The notes under the pieces were generated by a model. It did not search any database, had not been told where the DNA came from, and was given only the letters and a program-made list of their open reading frames with translations. From an uncultured Chloroflexia bacterium (GTDB lineage: Bacteria; Chloroflexota; Chloroflexia; QHBQ01; JADMIH01): DNA of 64,000 nucleotides. Shown piece by piece: positions 32,227-42,310 of the stretch; position 1 is the stretch's first letter, and each line of letters starts with the position of its first letter. The position numbers and the translations under genes are program-made. The stretch covers positions 928,001-992,000 of the forward strand of contig CAWCNY010000003.1 in NCBI GenBank assembly GCA_963797095.1, in the 5' to 3' direction.

Positions 32227-32274
32227 CACGTAGTGCTCCCTGCGCAAGCAGCGAGTGGTGAGTGGCGAGTGGCG
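32212..32274. repeat. Single 25-mer copy embedded in a heptamer array over the LacI stop
   Basis: GCCAGTA GCGAGTA GCACGTAGTGCTCCCTGCGCAAGCA GCGAGTG GTGAGTG GCGAGTG. Confidence 0.85.
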
Positions 32275-32346
32275 TGCGATGGCATTTGTTTAGCGGGCGC
32301 AATGTGACAGCGCCTGACGCTATATCGCTCACTTCAGGAGAAAGCA

Positions 32347-34416
32347 ATGCAGCCATTCACTATGGATTTGAGAAGAAGCGACCAATCGAGGATTGACCTT
32401 TCCTACCTGTCGGAAGCGCCCGCTGGAAGAGACGGATTCGTTACGATCAAGGGCGGACACCTGGCGAAGCCTGACGGGGGGCGGCTGCGCCTCTGGGGCG
32501 TAAATGTGACCGACTGGAGCCCAGGCTCGGTTACTATTCCCTCCAAAGAGGACGCGCCCGTGTACGCGGCTATCCTGGCCCGGTTCGGCTTCAACTGCGT
32601 TCGCCTGCACTTTCTCGACCTCGATGCTCCACGCGGTCTAGTAGATAGCTCTCGCGACGACTCCCAGCACCTGGACCCGGCGCAGCTGGACAGGCTCGAT
32701 AATTGGATAGCCGCGCTCAAGGAGCATGGTATATATTGCGACCTCAATCTGGTGGTCGGCAGGTCGTACAAGGCCGGGGATGCCGTGCAAGACCATGACC
32801 GGATCGGCTGGGCCAAAGCTCTTACTTACTTTGACCCCAGGCTGATCGAGCTGCAAAAATCGTATGCCGAGCAGATCTTGACTCATTACAATCCATACAC
32901 ACAGGCCGAATACCGGCACGACCCTGCAATCGCCATTATTGAACTGGTGAACGAGAACTCGCTCGTTGAGGCGTGGCACTATGGCAGCCTGCGCTCTGCC
33001 AAGAGTAAAGGGTCAGGGGAGAATGTGCAACCGCTACCAGCGTACTACACTCTTATGCTCGACGATATGTACCAGCAATATCTCCGGCAATCAGGGTCTG
33101 ACAGGCTAGCCCAACTCCGTGAGGTTGCAGGGATAGAGGGTACAGATCCTGTACCTCGGCTCAACCCGGAGGAATTCGAGGCCGCGCCTGCTGGACGATT
33201 CCAGACGGAAACCGCTTTCTACATGGAGATAGAGCGCAGCTTCTTCAGCGATATGAAGTCTTTTCTGAGAGAGAAGCTTGGAGTGGGGCAATTGCTGCTC
33301 GGCAGCAACGACCACATGTACGGCCAGAGCGGCTACCCGATGGTATGGAGCAATTCGGTGCTGGACATCATAGACGGGCACATGTACTGGCAGCACCCCG
33401 CGCATGCCTCCGGGCAGAACACACCAATGGTGAACGACCCACTCCATTCAATGATAGTGCGACTTTCGCGCACGGCACTCGCGGGCATGCCTTTCACGGT
33501 CAGCGAGGTGAACCATATTTTCCCCGGCGATTGGATCAGCGAGGGGATACCGGTGTTGGCGGCTTACGCGAGCCTCCAGGACTGGGACGCTGTTATCTGG
33601 TACACTTTTGAGCCGAAGCAGAACCCCGAATGGAAAGTTTATGTGGGCGACACCTTTGATCTCTCGCTGGACCCGGTTAGGATGCCGCAACTGGCGGCGG
33701 GTGCGCTGGCATTCCGGCGGGGCGACGTGAAAGAAGCAAGCACGACTATAAAGCGAACTTACACGCTTGAGCAAGTCCGCGAGAGCTTGCGCATGTCGCC
33801 GGGCGAGAGACCGTACTACACTCCGGGCTTGCCACTTTCCCTGGCCCTGCAACATAAGATGCGCGTAGGCTCGCTTGAGGGGCCGCCAACTGAAGCGATC
33901 AGCACGCGAGATGCGAACCCTATTGTTTCGGATACCGGGGAGTTAGCGTGGTACACGTCACCAGAAGGGGACGGGTTGGTTACAGTAGATACCCCTCGCT
34001 CGCAAGCTCTGATTGGATCCCTGGGGGCGAACAATAGGTCGGTGAGCAATCTTTCGGCTGATGTGACGAACCGGTTTTGCGCGATTACGCTGAGCGCACT
34101 GGATGCGAAACCAATTGCCCATGCCGGTAGGTTGCTGCTAACCACCGGCGCGCGCGTAGAGAACACGGGGCAGGAGTGGAACGAAACAAGAAGCGAGATA
34201 ACCGAGTTCGGTGGGCCACCTTCCCTGGTCGAACCTGTCAGTGGTCGCATAACGCTGACACACCTGCAAGGCGCGACCTCGGTGCATGTGGATGCGCTCG
34301 ACGGGGCGGGCCGGGCCATTGGCGAAGCGCTCCCGGCTCAGAACACAAGCGATGGGTGGGTGATCCAGGTAGGAAACCCGGTCACGACATGGTATGAAAT
34401 CACAGTTGAGCGATAG
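32347..34416 (+). CDS. Clan GH-A (GH5-like) glycoside hydrolase, substrate unknown
   Basis: RLWGVN, GFNCVRLH, GIYCDLNL, ELVNE (acid/base), DGHMYWQHP, PFTVSE (nucleophile), LQDWD; no signal peptide. Confidence 0.72.
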   Translation: MQPFTMDLRRSDQSRIDLSYLSEAPAGRDGFVTIKGGHLAKPDGGRLRLWGVNVTDWSPGSVTIPSKEDAPVYAAILARFGFNCVRLHFLDLDAPRGLVDSSRDDSQHLDPAQLDRLDNWIAALKEHGIYCDLNLVVGRSYKAGDAVQDHDRIGWAKALTYFDPRLIELQKSYAEQILTHYNPYTQAEYRHDPAIAIIELVNENSLVEAWHYGSLRSAKSKGSGENVQPLPAYYTLMLDDMYQQYLRQSGSDRLAQLREVAGIEGTDPVPRLNPEEFEAAPAGRFQTETAFYMEIERSFFSDMKSFLREKLGVGQLLLGSNDHMYGQSGYPMVWSNSVLDIIDGHMYWQHPAHASGQNTPMVNDPLHSMIVRLSRTALAGMPFTVSEVNHIFPGDWISEGIPVLAAYASLQDWDAVIWYTFEPKQNPEWKVYVGDTFDLSLDPVRMPQLAAGALAFRRGDVKEASTTIKRTYTLEQVRESLRMSPGERPYYTPGLPLSLALQHKMRVGSLEGPPTEAISTRDANPIVSDTGELAWYTSPEGDGLVTVDTPRSQALIGSLGANNRSVSNLSADVTNRFCAITLSALDAKPIAHAGRLLLTTGARVENTGQEWNETRSEITEFGGPPSLVEPVSGRITLTHLQGATSVHVDALDGAGRAIGEALPAQNTSDGWVIQVGNPVTTWYEITVER

Positions 34417-34466
34417 AGATAGCAGGGGCCAACACGAGCAGGCGGATCTCTTATGCGAAACTCAAC

Positions 34467-36524
34467 TCACGCCCCGCTCGCGGCCAACTCCTCCAGGTCC
34501 TTGCCGCTGGGCGAAAACTGCTTGGGCGTCAGGTCGGGCGCGGCGGGCTGCGGGCCGAGGATCTTAGCCAGCCCATCTGAATAGACCGTCTCAGAGCGCA
34601 ACAGCGCCTCAGCCACCTGGTCCAACTGGGCTCGCGACGCTGTGAGAATATCGCGGGCGCGCTTATGAGCCTCATCGAGGAAGCGCTGCACGTCCTGGTC
34701 GATCATGGCAGCAGTCGCCTCGCTGTATGGCCGCCCCCGAAGTCCATCATAGCCACCCTGCTGGTCGTCGCTGTCCACGGAAGCCAGCCCGATCGTGCCC
34801 ATGCCCCACTGGGTGACCATCTGCCTCGCCAGGCGAGTGGCCTGGGTCAAATCGCTCTCCGCGCCGGTTGTGATATCACCGAAGACTATTTCCTCGGCTG
34901 TGCGTCCTCCCACCATGATCGCCAATCGAGCGGTGAGATAGGAGAGGCTGTAGCTGTAGCGGTCCTCGCCGGGCACCTGCTCGGTGACACCGAGGGCGCG
35001 GCCACGCGGGATGATGGTCACTTTGTCTACCGGGTCGGCTCCAGGCGAGCGCCAGGCCACCACCGTGTGGCCGCCCTCGTGGTAGGCTGTGATGCGGCGT
35101 TCCTGCTCGGACAGGGCGAGCGGCCTCACGCCGCCCAGCCGCACCTTGTCGAGCGCCTCTATGAAGTCGGCCAGCGTTACCTGGCCGGCATCGCGACCGG
35201 CGGCGTTGAGGGCAGCCTCGTTGCACAGGTTCTCGATGTCCGCGCCGCTGAAGCCGGTGGTCATACCAGCCAGGTCCGAGAGGTTGACGTCGGGGGCGAG
35301 GGGCAAGTCGCGGCTGTGGATAGCGAAGATGCCCTCGCGGCCTTTGCGCTCCGGCAGGGGCACTTCTACCTGACGGTCGAAGCGACCGGGGCGCAGCAAG
35401 GCAGGGTCGAGCACGTCGGGCCTGTTGGTGGCTGCCAGCACGATCACCTCCTGCCGCTCGTCGAAGCCGTCCATCTCCACAAGTAGCTGGTTGAGAGTCT
35501 GCTCGCGTTCGTCGTTTTGACCGAAAGTGTTGGAGCCTCGGCGGCGAGCCACCGCATCCAGCTCGTCTATGAAGATGATGGAGGGGGCTGCCTGTTTGGC
35601 TTGAGAGAAGAGGTCGCGCACCCGGCTTGCGCCCACGCCAACGAACAACTGCACGAACTCCGACCCGCTGATGCTGAAAAAGGGCACGCCGGCTTCGCCC
35701 GCGACCGCGCGGGCCAGCAGCGTCTTGCCTGTGCCGGGAGGGCCGACGAGGAGCGTGCCACGCGGTATGTGCGCACCCACCCTACGGTACTTTTCGGAGT
35801 TACGCAGGAACTCAACCTCCTCCGATAGAGCGGCTTTGGCCTCATCGGCACCGGCCACGTCCTTGAAGGTGGTGGCCGGACGATCCTGCGCATAGCGACG
35901 CGCCTGGCTGCGGCCAAAGTTGAAGATACCCGCCTGGCTGTTCATAGCCTGGCGTCCCATCCAGACCAGCAGACCGAGCAGCAGCAAGAATGGGAAAGCG
36001 TCACTCAGGAGCACGAGAAACCAGGGTGTGGACGGTGAAGAGACATTCACGACGACGTTATGCGAGATGAGCAGCGGCATGAGCGTTGCGTCGCCCACCG
36101 TATCAGGGAAGGTTGTTTCAAAATTGGTGTAGAGGGTTGCAGCGCCGGAGGCAGGGGTGGTTTGGGTGGATGGCTCAGGCGTGCCCGCACCCGGCGTGCC
36201 TGGGAGCGCGCTGCCCGCAATAGCCTGCACAAAGGTGCCGCTTATGTCTGCTCCCTGGATGCTCACTTGCTGGACATTGCCTGACTGCACCTGCGCCAGG
36301 AAGGTGCTGTATGGGATCTCGATGGAGGAGGCCTGGCCCTGAGGCAGGAAGAGGATAATGTTCCAGATCACCAGCGCCGCAAGCAGCGCCCAGTTGATCC
36401 AGTTGCGAAGCGGCGAGCGAGGCGGTTGCTGTTGTCCTTGCGGTTGCTGTGGAGATTGCTGCTGTCTCTGAGGCTGCGATTGCGGCTGGCCTGATGGCTG
36501 TTGCGGATTTTGTTTGGTGTCCAT
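34467..36524 (-). CDS. ftsH: ATP-dependent zinc metalloprotease FtsH
   Basis: Two TM helices, [39 protein letters not shown] zinc motif; Gln/Pro-rich N-terminus. Confidence 0.96.
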   Translation of the reverse strand: MDTKQNPQQPSGQPQSQPQRQQQSPQQPQGQQQPPRSPLRNWINWALLAALVIWNIILFLPQGQASSIEIPYSTFLAQVQSGNVQQVSIQGADISGTFVQAIAGSALPGTPGAGTPEPSTQTTPASGAATLYTNFETTFPDTVGDATLMPLLISHNVVVNVSSPSTPWFLVLLSDAFPFLLLLGLLVWMGRQAMNSQAGIFNFGRSQARRYAQDRPATTFKDVAGADEAKAALSEEVEFLRNSEKYRRVGAHIPRGTLLVGPPGTGKTLLARAVAGEAGVPFFSISGSEFVQLFVGVGASRVRDLFSQAKQAAPSIIFIDELDAVARRRGSNTFGQNDEREQTLNQLLVEMDGFDERQEVIVLAATNRPDVLDPALLRPGRFDRQVEVPLPERKGREGIFAIHSRDLPLAPDVNLSDLAGMTTGFSGADIENLCNEAALNAAGRDAGQVTLADFIEALDKVRLGGVRPLALSEQERRITAYHEGGHTVVAWRSPGADPVDKVTIIPRGRALGVTEQVPGEDRYSYSLSYLTARLAIMVGGRTAEEIVFGDITTGAESDLTQATRLARQMVTQWGMGTIGLASVDSDDQQGGYDGLRGRPYSEATAAMIDQDVQRFLDEAHKRARDILTASRAQLDQVAEALLRSETVYSDGLAKILGPQPAAPDLTPKQFSPSGKDLEELAASGA

Positions 36525-36737
36525 TATCTCTCCTCACCTGTTCAGCATACCTAAATCCCCTGGTTCCAGGGAAGGCATGAGAATATGGCCTGTTACAAGT
36601 GTGCAGGATATGAACGGAGGTGCGGAGCGTATTCTCCGCTGATTTTACCACACTACTCCCTGCACAGATAGATCCAGGCTGCTACATAAGTGTTCAGACC
36701 TAGGGTGGAGGGATCCAGCTTAAGAGTAAACCAAGAC

Positions 36738-36840
36738 CCACCCCCAGCCCCTCCCACACGCGGGAGGGGAGAAGTAAATAGTGAGGAGAGATTGGGGGAC
36801 ACCCCCAAGGTACCCGGCAGGGGGGCGCCCCTGCACCCCC
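36738..36840. repeat. Cluster of GC-rich palindromic REP-like elements
   Basis: CCCCTCCC-ACACGC-GGGAGGGG; TTGGGGG-ACA-CCCCCAA; GCAGGGG-GGCG-CCCCTGC. Confidence 0.6.
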
Positions 36841-36949
36841 GTTACCCCTAATCTGAACGGCTTACGGGCTGCTCTTCTCCTGCCCTCGGTGCCGGCACCA
36901 GGGGGCGAGAAGACGTATCCGGTAGTCTTCCAGAGTGTGAACCACCCGC

Positions 36950-37879
36950 CTAAAGGCGGGGGCTTCTGCAGGCGACTTGCACCGCCTGTTGGCTAGTTCC
37001 TAGCCAAAGATTGAGGATGTTTATGGCAGCATTATGGTCTGTATCAAGAGAACAGCCACACTCGCAGGAGTGCCAACGCTCGGACAACTCTTTCTTCTTG
37101 ATAGTGCCACAGGAGCTACACACTTGGCTGGTGTAACGAGGGTCAACAAGCACAACGTTCCTCCCGGCACTTTCAGCCTTGAAGGTGACGAATTGTACGC
37201 ACTGACTCCAACCAGCATCCGATATGGACAAGGCAAGGCTATGATTGCGAACCATGCTACGGGGTTACAACTGCTCAAAGACAATAGTGCCGTACTCATT
37301 CATCAGGCGGCGAGACTGCTTATGCAGGAAGTCCGCTCGCTGGTTGTGGATACGTCTGTGTATTTGAGCAACTGCCTTTTTCGCCTTGTTCCTACGGTGC
37401 CGCCACCCTTACGACGGGAAAGCGTCTGTTGAGCCGTGGCGAGCTTGTGCAGGGATTTACGCAAGCACCGTGGATCCTCAATTCGCTGTCCGTCAGAGAG
37501 GGTTGCGAACGTGGCAAGTCCGAGGTCTATGCCAACCGCCTTGTCCGAGTAGGGCAGGGTAACCTCTACAACTTCAACAGAGAAGCAAACGTACCAGTGC
37601 CCACCTTCTCGCTTGATAGAAACCATCTTGACCCTACCATGCATAGCCCGGTGCATCCTGACCTTGACGGTTCCTATCTTGGACAGTCCTATCTTGGACA
37701 GAGTGAGCCTGTCGTTTTGGAGCGACCAACCCAACTGAGGGAAGGTGAACGAGTCGTACCAGCCAGCGCCTTTGAAGCGTGGATAGCCCGGCGTTTCCCC
37801 CGACTTCACCATACGAAAGAAGACGCTCACTCTGCTTACAAGTAGGGTACGACCGGCACTTGATCGTGCGTCTAGACAT
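36950..37879 (-). pseudogene. tnpB: tnpB pseudogene (RNA-guided endonuclease)
   Basis: Fragments MSRRTIKCRSYPT, PGYPRFK..AVGIDLG, IVFE, SISDAGW..TSQVCSSCG..CECG..DHNAAINI. Lesions: internal deletion near 37820, 15-bp duplication 37672-37701, frameshift near 37400, TAA at 37265-37267. Confidence 0.9.
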
Positions 37880-38267
37880 GCTTTTGGTTTTCTATGTACT
37901 GCTTTATTACGGCGAGTGGTGCGCCCCCGACCGTGCTTACAAAGTAGGCGTTGGTCCAAAGCGAGGGCAATCGTTTCTTCAACTGCGGAAACTCTTTCCG
38001 AAGCAAGTATGAGGAACGCCTCTTACACAACTTTATCAGGCGGTGTATGCCGAATTGTGGGTCACACTCAACAAGCAGGTGAATATGGTCGGGCATTACC
38101 TGTAGCTCAAGTATCTCGGACTCTCGTTCCTCACATACTTGCCGGAGGATGTCTTTCAGCCGTTCGGCTACGTCATCCACCAGCACCTTACGGCGGTATT
38201 TCGGGCACCACACAACGTGGTACTTGCAGGAGTACACCAGGTTGTTGTTGGACTTGAAACCCTTCAC
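37872..38267 (-). CDS. tnpA: IS200-family Y1 (HUH) transposase
   Basis: YHVVWCPKYRR, DHIHLL (HUH), LWTNAYFVST, YIENQ. Probable GTG start at 38267; the ORF is open to 38285. Confidence 0.94.
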   Translation of the reverse strand: MKGFKSNNNLVYSCKYHVVWCPKYRRKVLVDDVAERLKDILRQVCEERESEILELQVMPDHIHLLVECDPQFGIHRLIKLCKRRSSYLLRKEFPQLKKRLPSLWTNAYFVSTVGGAPLAVIKQYIENQKHV

Positions 38268-38273
38268 AGGAAC

Positions 38274-38302
38274 ATTATATAGCAAAGAGCTATCTAATGC
38301 AA
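38274..38302 (-). promoter_or_regulatory. tnpA promoter
   Basis: Minus strand TTGCAT-17 nt-TATAAT, ending 6 nt before the GTG. Confidence 0.65.
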
Positions 38303-38538
38303 GACTCTGACCGGACTTGTGGCAAACTCGCAGCTAACCTACTGCGTAGGGGCGGCTGTATCCCCAGCCCTATAGGGCGGCGTCTTAGCCGCCATGCGAT
38401 TCGATAATGGTGGGGGCGCGGCAAGTCAGCGGCCATCAAGTGCCACTTCATTTCCCATCACTTCGCATGTTGCTAAACGCAGGGGAAATGGCACCAGGCA
38501 GCGAATTCGTTCGTGGGAGACGAACGGGATAGCCTCTT

Positions 38539-39840
38539 CTATTTCACCAGCAGCCTTTCTGGCAGATAATCTTTGTGGGCGGCAGCCATCTCGTCGTAGA
38601 TGGTCTCGGCCTTCGAAAGAGAGAAGCAGAGGGGGTTGCTAGCGAGGGCGCGGATGCCATCTCGGCGGGTACCGGACCAGGCGGCTTCGGCGGTGAGCGC
38701 CTGGTATTCACCGAGCATCCTGGTCAGGCCGACTACGTGCGCCGGCATGTGGCCTTCGGTGAGGGGCACCACGCCGTTACGGTCCACATATCCCTCCACC
38801 TCCACAACCAGATTATCCGGGAAATCGGTTATGGCCCCACGATTGGGCACGTTGACGGGCCATACCTCTTTGCGGTCGTTGAAGACGGCGTCCATAACAT
38901 CGATTGCAAGCTCCAATTCGTTGATACCGCCGCGCGAGCGGCGAGGGTCGAGCACGGGCACGTCGGAGGCGGCTTGCTCGCGGTAGTGCTGCCAGTAATC
39001 GGGGACCTGGGCCATGATGTCCTGGGCGCGGGTGGTCGGCTTGGCCTGTAGCTCCGCCAGTATCTCCTCTTTGTAATAATAGTAAAGATAGTAATCGGCC
39101 GGGATCGCGCCCATCATAGAGGTAAGCTCAAGCCAGCGCAGCTCATGTTTGCTTGTATCAGGCTGGCGCTTTCGATGCTCGTAAGCGCTTTGTATGAAGG
39201 GCATCATGTCCGCGCCGTCGTACAGGTGGCGCACCGTCCACGAGTTGTGATTGAGGCCGATCATGGCCGCGTCTACCTTGTCGGGATCGAGACCCGCAAG
39301 GCGCGCCATCCATCTCGGGTAGACTATAGGGCCTTCGCAAAGGGAGATGGTGGGGATATATGTGTGGTGAGTGACCGCCTCGGCTACGATGTTGACGGGG
39401 TTGGTGTAGTTGAACAGGATGGCGCGAGGGCAGACGGCCTCCATGTGGGCCACGATATTTTGCATGACGTGGATGGAGCGGAGCGCCATGAAGAAGCCGC
39501 CTGGGCCCTGAGTCTCCTGGCCGATGATGCCATGTTTGAGCGGTATGCTCTCATCGAGGTAGCGGGCCTCGAAGCCTCCCGGCCGAAAGCTCGTCAGCAC
39601 TGCGTCGCAGTCTTGCAGGCCGGCCCGGCGGTCGGTGGTGGTGGTTATGGTGAGGTCAAGCCCCCTGGCGCGCGCCATCTTACCGGCCAGCGTCTTCACA
39701 AGGCCAAGCCGCTCGGCGTTAAGGTCGATCAGCACGACCTCCGAGCCGTTGAAGTTCTCGCCCTGCTGGACGAACGAAGCCATAGTGCCGGGCGCTCGCG
39801 TGCTGCCCCCGCCTATATACGCCATTTTGATTCTTGCCAC
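38539..39840 (-). CDS. GH4 NAD+-dependent glycosidase (6-phospho-beta-glucosidase-like)
   Basis: IGGGSTR, GQETQGPGG, NYTNP, LC, GLNH. Confidence 0.88.
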   Translation of the reverse strand: MARIKMAYIGGGSTRAPGTMASFVQQGENFNGSEVVLIDLNAERLGLVKTLAGKMARARGLDLTITTTTDRRAGLQDCDAVLTSFRPGGFEARYLDESIPLKHGIIGQETQGPGGFFMALRSIHVMQNIVAHMEAVCPRAILFNYTNPVNIVAEAVTHHTYIPTISLCEGPIVYPRWMARLAGLDPDKVDAAMIGLNHNSWTVRHLYDGADMMPFIQSAYEHRKRQPDTSKHELRWLELTSMMGAIPADYYLYYYYKEEILAELQAKPTTRAQDIMAQVPDYWQHYREQAASDVPVLDPRRSRGGINELELAIDVMDAVFNDRKEVWPVNVPNRGAITDFPDNLVVEVEGYVDRNGVVPLTEGHMPAHVVGLTRMLGEYQALTAEAAWSGTRRDGIRALASNPLCFSLSKAETIYDEMAAAHKDYLPERLLVK

Positions 39841-39963
39841 GTTGCCTCCGGTTGTGTTTTTCTCCGCAGGAGATTATACACCGGATCGCTATGTCTGGCA
39901 GGGCGAAAGGGAATCCACCGGGCAACCCAGTCTCATTGCTGCTGCGCCACGAGGGCTCTTAGT

Positions 39964-42309
39964 CTAGGTCTTGCCGCCCAGTTGTGCGGCCATCAGTTCA
40001 CCAATGTGCAGTACAATCACCGGCAATTTCTGGGCGTCGATGCCGCCGCGCAGGTGCATAATGCAGCCGGGATTGTCCGTAACGAGGACGCGCGCCCCCG
40101 TTTTTCTGACGTTGTCCAGCTTGCGGGCGAGGATATGCTCGGCTACCTCAGGGCGAGTGACGGAGGTTGAGCCGCCGAAGCCGCAGCAGACCGAGCTCTC
40201 CTCCATTTCACGAAGCTCAAGCCCCATGACCTCTCGAACCAGGCGGCGAGGCGCATCGTCTATGCCAAGCACGTTGGCCGATTGGCAGAAGTTGTGGTAG
40301 GTAACGGGGGAGAAGGGGGAGTGCTCGCGGGCAAGAGCGCCGGGTTCCAATTGTGCGACGGAGTCCATAAAAGTGGTGAAGTCGATCACGCGCTCGGCCA
40401 ACGACCGGGCGCGTGTCTGCCACGACGGCTCGCCCTCGAATAGGCGCTCGTAGTCGTGCAGCATGGCGATGGCGCAGCTTGTGCCGCCCGTCAGGATGTA
40501 ATCGGCGCGCACCTTCTCCAGTTCTTCTATAGTGTAGCTGGCCATCTTGCGCGCGGGGCCGAGTATGCCTGCGTCGAGGGCAGGCAGGCCGCAGCAGTGC
40601 TGCTTTTCGGGCACTATCATGGTGACGCCACACGCATCCAGCACGCGGGCAATCGAAATCGCCATGCGAGGGAATAGGCGGTCGGTGATGCACTGGATGA
40701 AGTAGGCCACGCGCAGGCCACGCGCGTTACTTTGGAGGGGTTTGCCTGTGTAGGGCCTCACTCTTTTCAGGCGGTCGCGCGCCGGGGAGGAGGGAAGGGC
40801 GGGGGGCGTGCGCCAACTCGTGAGGTTGTGGACCATCGGGATGACGTTCGCGCCCACGCGGCCGGTGCGCGTGAATCCCTTGTCGCGCAGAGGGGTCGAG
40901 GCGACTGCCCCCGCGCGCATGGCGATATCCACCAGCCTGGGGTGCGACCAGAACTCCATGGCGGCGTGCATGGGCGAGGCTACGCCCTCTTGCTCGGCCA
41001 CCATGCTGCGCACTTTGAGGATCTGTTGGGGGAGAGGGATGCCGACGGGGCAGACGGTTGCGCAGGCGTTGCACGACACGCACAGCGATTGGGGGCCTGC
41101 GTCCGCCTCAAGGCTATGATGGAAGGGTGTATTGACAAGCCCGATCGCGCCCGAATAGATGTGGCCGAAGACGTGCCCGCCGACCACGCCGTAGGGCGGG
41201 CAGACATTGGCGCAGGCGGCGCACCGTATGCAGCGCAGGGCATCGCGGATGAGAGGGGTGTCGCGCATCCTCATGCGGCCATTGTCGAGGAGGACGATGT
41301 GCATCTCTTTGCCCTGTTCGGGCGGGCCGGACACGAAATTGGTGTAGGAGGTGATAGACTGGCCCGTGGCCGAGCGGGCCAGCAGGCGCAGTTGGAGCAT
41401 AGCGGCCTCGAAGTTGGGCACCAGTTTCTCGACCCCGGCAAGCACCACATGGACGCGTGGCAGGGTAGTCACGAGGCGGGCGTTGCCCTCGTTTTCAATG
41501 AACATGACGGTGCCGCTTTCGGCGATGAGAGCGTTGGCCCCGCTCACGCCAAGCCCGGCCTCAAGGAAGTCGCGGCGCAACTCGGTGCGGGCTACCCCCA
41601 CCTGCTCGGTGATATTGTCGCGGGACACCTCGCGCCCGAGGGTGCCTGTGAAGAGGTCGCCCACCTGCTCGCGGCTTTTGTGGATGGCGGGCATGACCAT
41701 GTGGGAGGGGCGCTCGTGCGAAAGCTGCTGTATCCACTCGCCCAGGTCGGTCTCGATAGCCTGGATGCCGTGTTCTTCCAGCACGCCATTTAGCTCGATC
41801 TCCTCGGAGACCATGGTCTTGCTTTTGACTACGTGCTTGATGTTGTGCTTGCGGCAGAGGTCCAGCACGTAGCGGTTGGCTTCGTCGGCCCCGGCGGCCC
41901 GGTAGACGGTGATGCCGTGGGCTTCGGCGGCGCGCTGGAAGCGATCTATATAGTCGGGCAGATGGTCGATCACCTCGTTCTTGATGGAGGCCAACCTGTT
42001 GCGCATGGCCTCGAACTCAGGGGTGCCATTGGCAAGGGGGAGGGCACGAGTGTGGAGTTCGGAGTGTGGAGTGCGGAGTAGGAGGGCGTCTTCTGGGATA
42101 AGTGCTGGGCGTTCGGGGTTTTCTTCGTAGGCGGCAAAGGCGCTTTCGCGTGAGACGCGCCAGGAACGCTGGAAGTTGAGGAGATTACGACGTAGCTGGG
42201 GGTTGTCGAGGGCGCGACGGTAGCGCTCTTTGAACTGTACAGGCTCGTGGCCTGTGCCTCCCGCACCCGGCGACCTAGGCTGCACGCCGCTTCTTCGTTG
42301 ATCGGGCAT
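39964..42309 (-). CDS. L-lactate utilisation protein, LutB-LutA fusion (LUD + 4Fe-4S + CCG domains)
   Basis: KSKTMVSEEI, ETDLGEWI, PSHMVMPAIH, NEGNARL, CIRCAACANVCP, CVSCNACATVCP, then CCG motifs HCCGLP and VCCGFGG. Confidence 0.88.
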   Translation of the reverse strand: MPDQRRSGVQPRSPGAGGTGHEPVQFKERYRRALDNPQLRRNLLNFQRSWRVSRESAFAAYEENPERPALIPEDALLLRTPHSELHTRALPLANGTPEFEAMRNRLASIKNEVIDHLPDYIDRFQRAAEAHGITVYRAAGADEANRYVLDLCRKHNIKHVVKSKTMVSEEIELNGVLEEHGIQAIETDLGEWIQQLSHERPSHMVMPAIHKSREQVGDLFTGTLGREVSRDNITEQVGVARTELRRDFLEAGLGVSGANALIAESGTVMFIENEGNARLVTTLPRVHVVLAGVEKLVPNFEAAMLQLRLLARSATGQSITSYTNFVSGPPEQGKEMHIVLLDNGRMRMRDTPLIRDALRCIRCAACANVCPPYGVVGGHVFGHIYSGAIGLVNTPFHHSLEADAGPQSLCVSCNACATVCPVGIPLPQQILKVRSMVAEQEGVASPMHAAMEFWSHPRLVDIAMRAGAVASTPLRDKGFTRTGRVGANVIPMVHNLTSWRTPPALPSSPARDRLKRVRPYTGKPLQSNARGLRVAYFIQCITDRLFPRMAISIARVLDACGVTMIVPEKQHCCGLPALDAGILGPARKMASYTIEELEKVRADYILTGGTSCAIAMLHDYERLFEGEPSWQTRARSLAERVIDFTTFMDSVAQLEPGALAREHSPFSPVTYHNFCQSANVLGIDDAPRRLVREVMGLELREMEESSVCCGFGGSTSVTRPEVAEHILARKLDNVRKTGARVLVTDNPGCIMHLRGGIDAQKLPVIVLHIGELMAAQLGGKT
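42047..42081. repeat. Heptamer array (GGAGTNN) x5 inside lutB, in frame
   Basis: CGAGTGT GGAGTTC GGAGTGT GGAGTGC GGAGTAG, encoding LRTPHSELHT. Confidence 0.65.
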
Positions 42310-42310
42310 A

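Larger units (their letters stand above)
36937..38403 (-). mobile_element. IS200/IS605-family element (tnpA + tnpB pseudogene), about 1.47 kb
   Basis: Minus strand: TTAT target then a left-end hairpin (GGCGGCT...AGCCGCC); tnpA and tnpB in tandem; right end GAAGCCCCCGCCTTTAGGCGGGTGGTTCAC. Confidence 0.85.

Noticed and set aside
37303-37959. 218-aa ORF as a functional short TnpB or TnpB-derived regulator
   Set aside because: It is one frame of a multiply disrupted pseudogene; its N-terminus is an out-of-frame read of tnpA and the start of tnpB.
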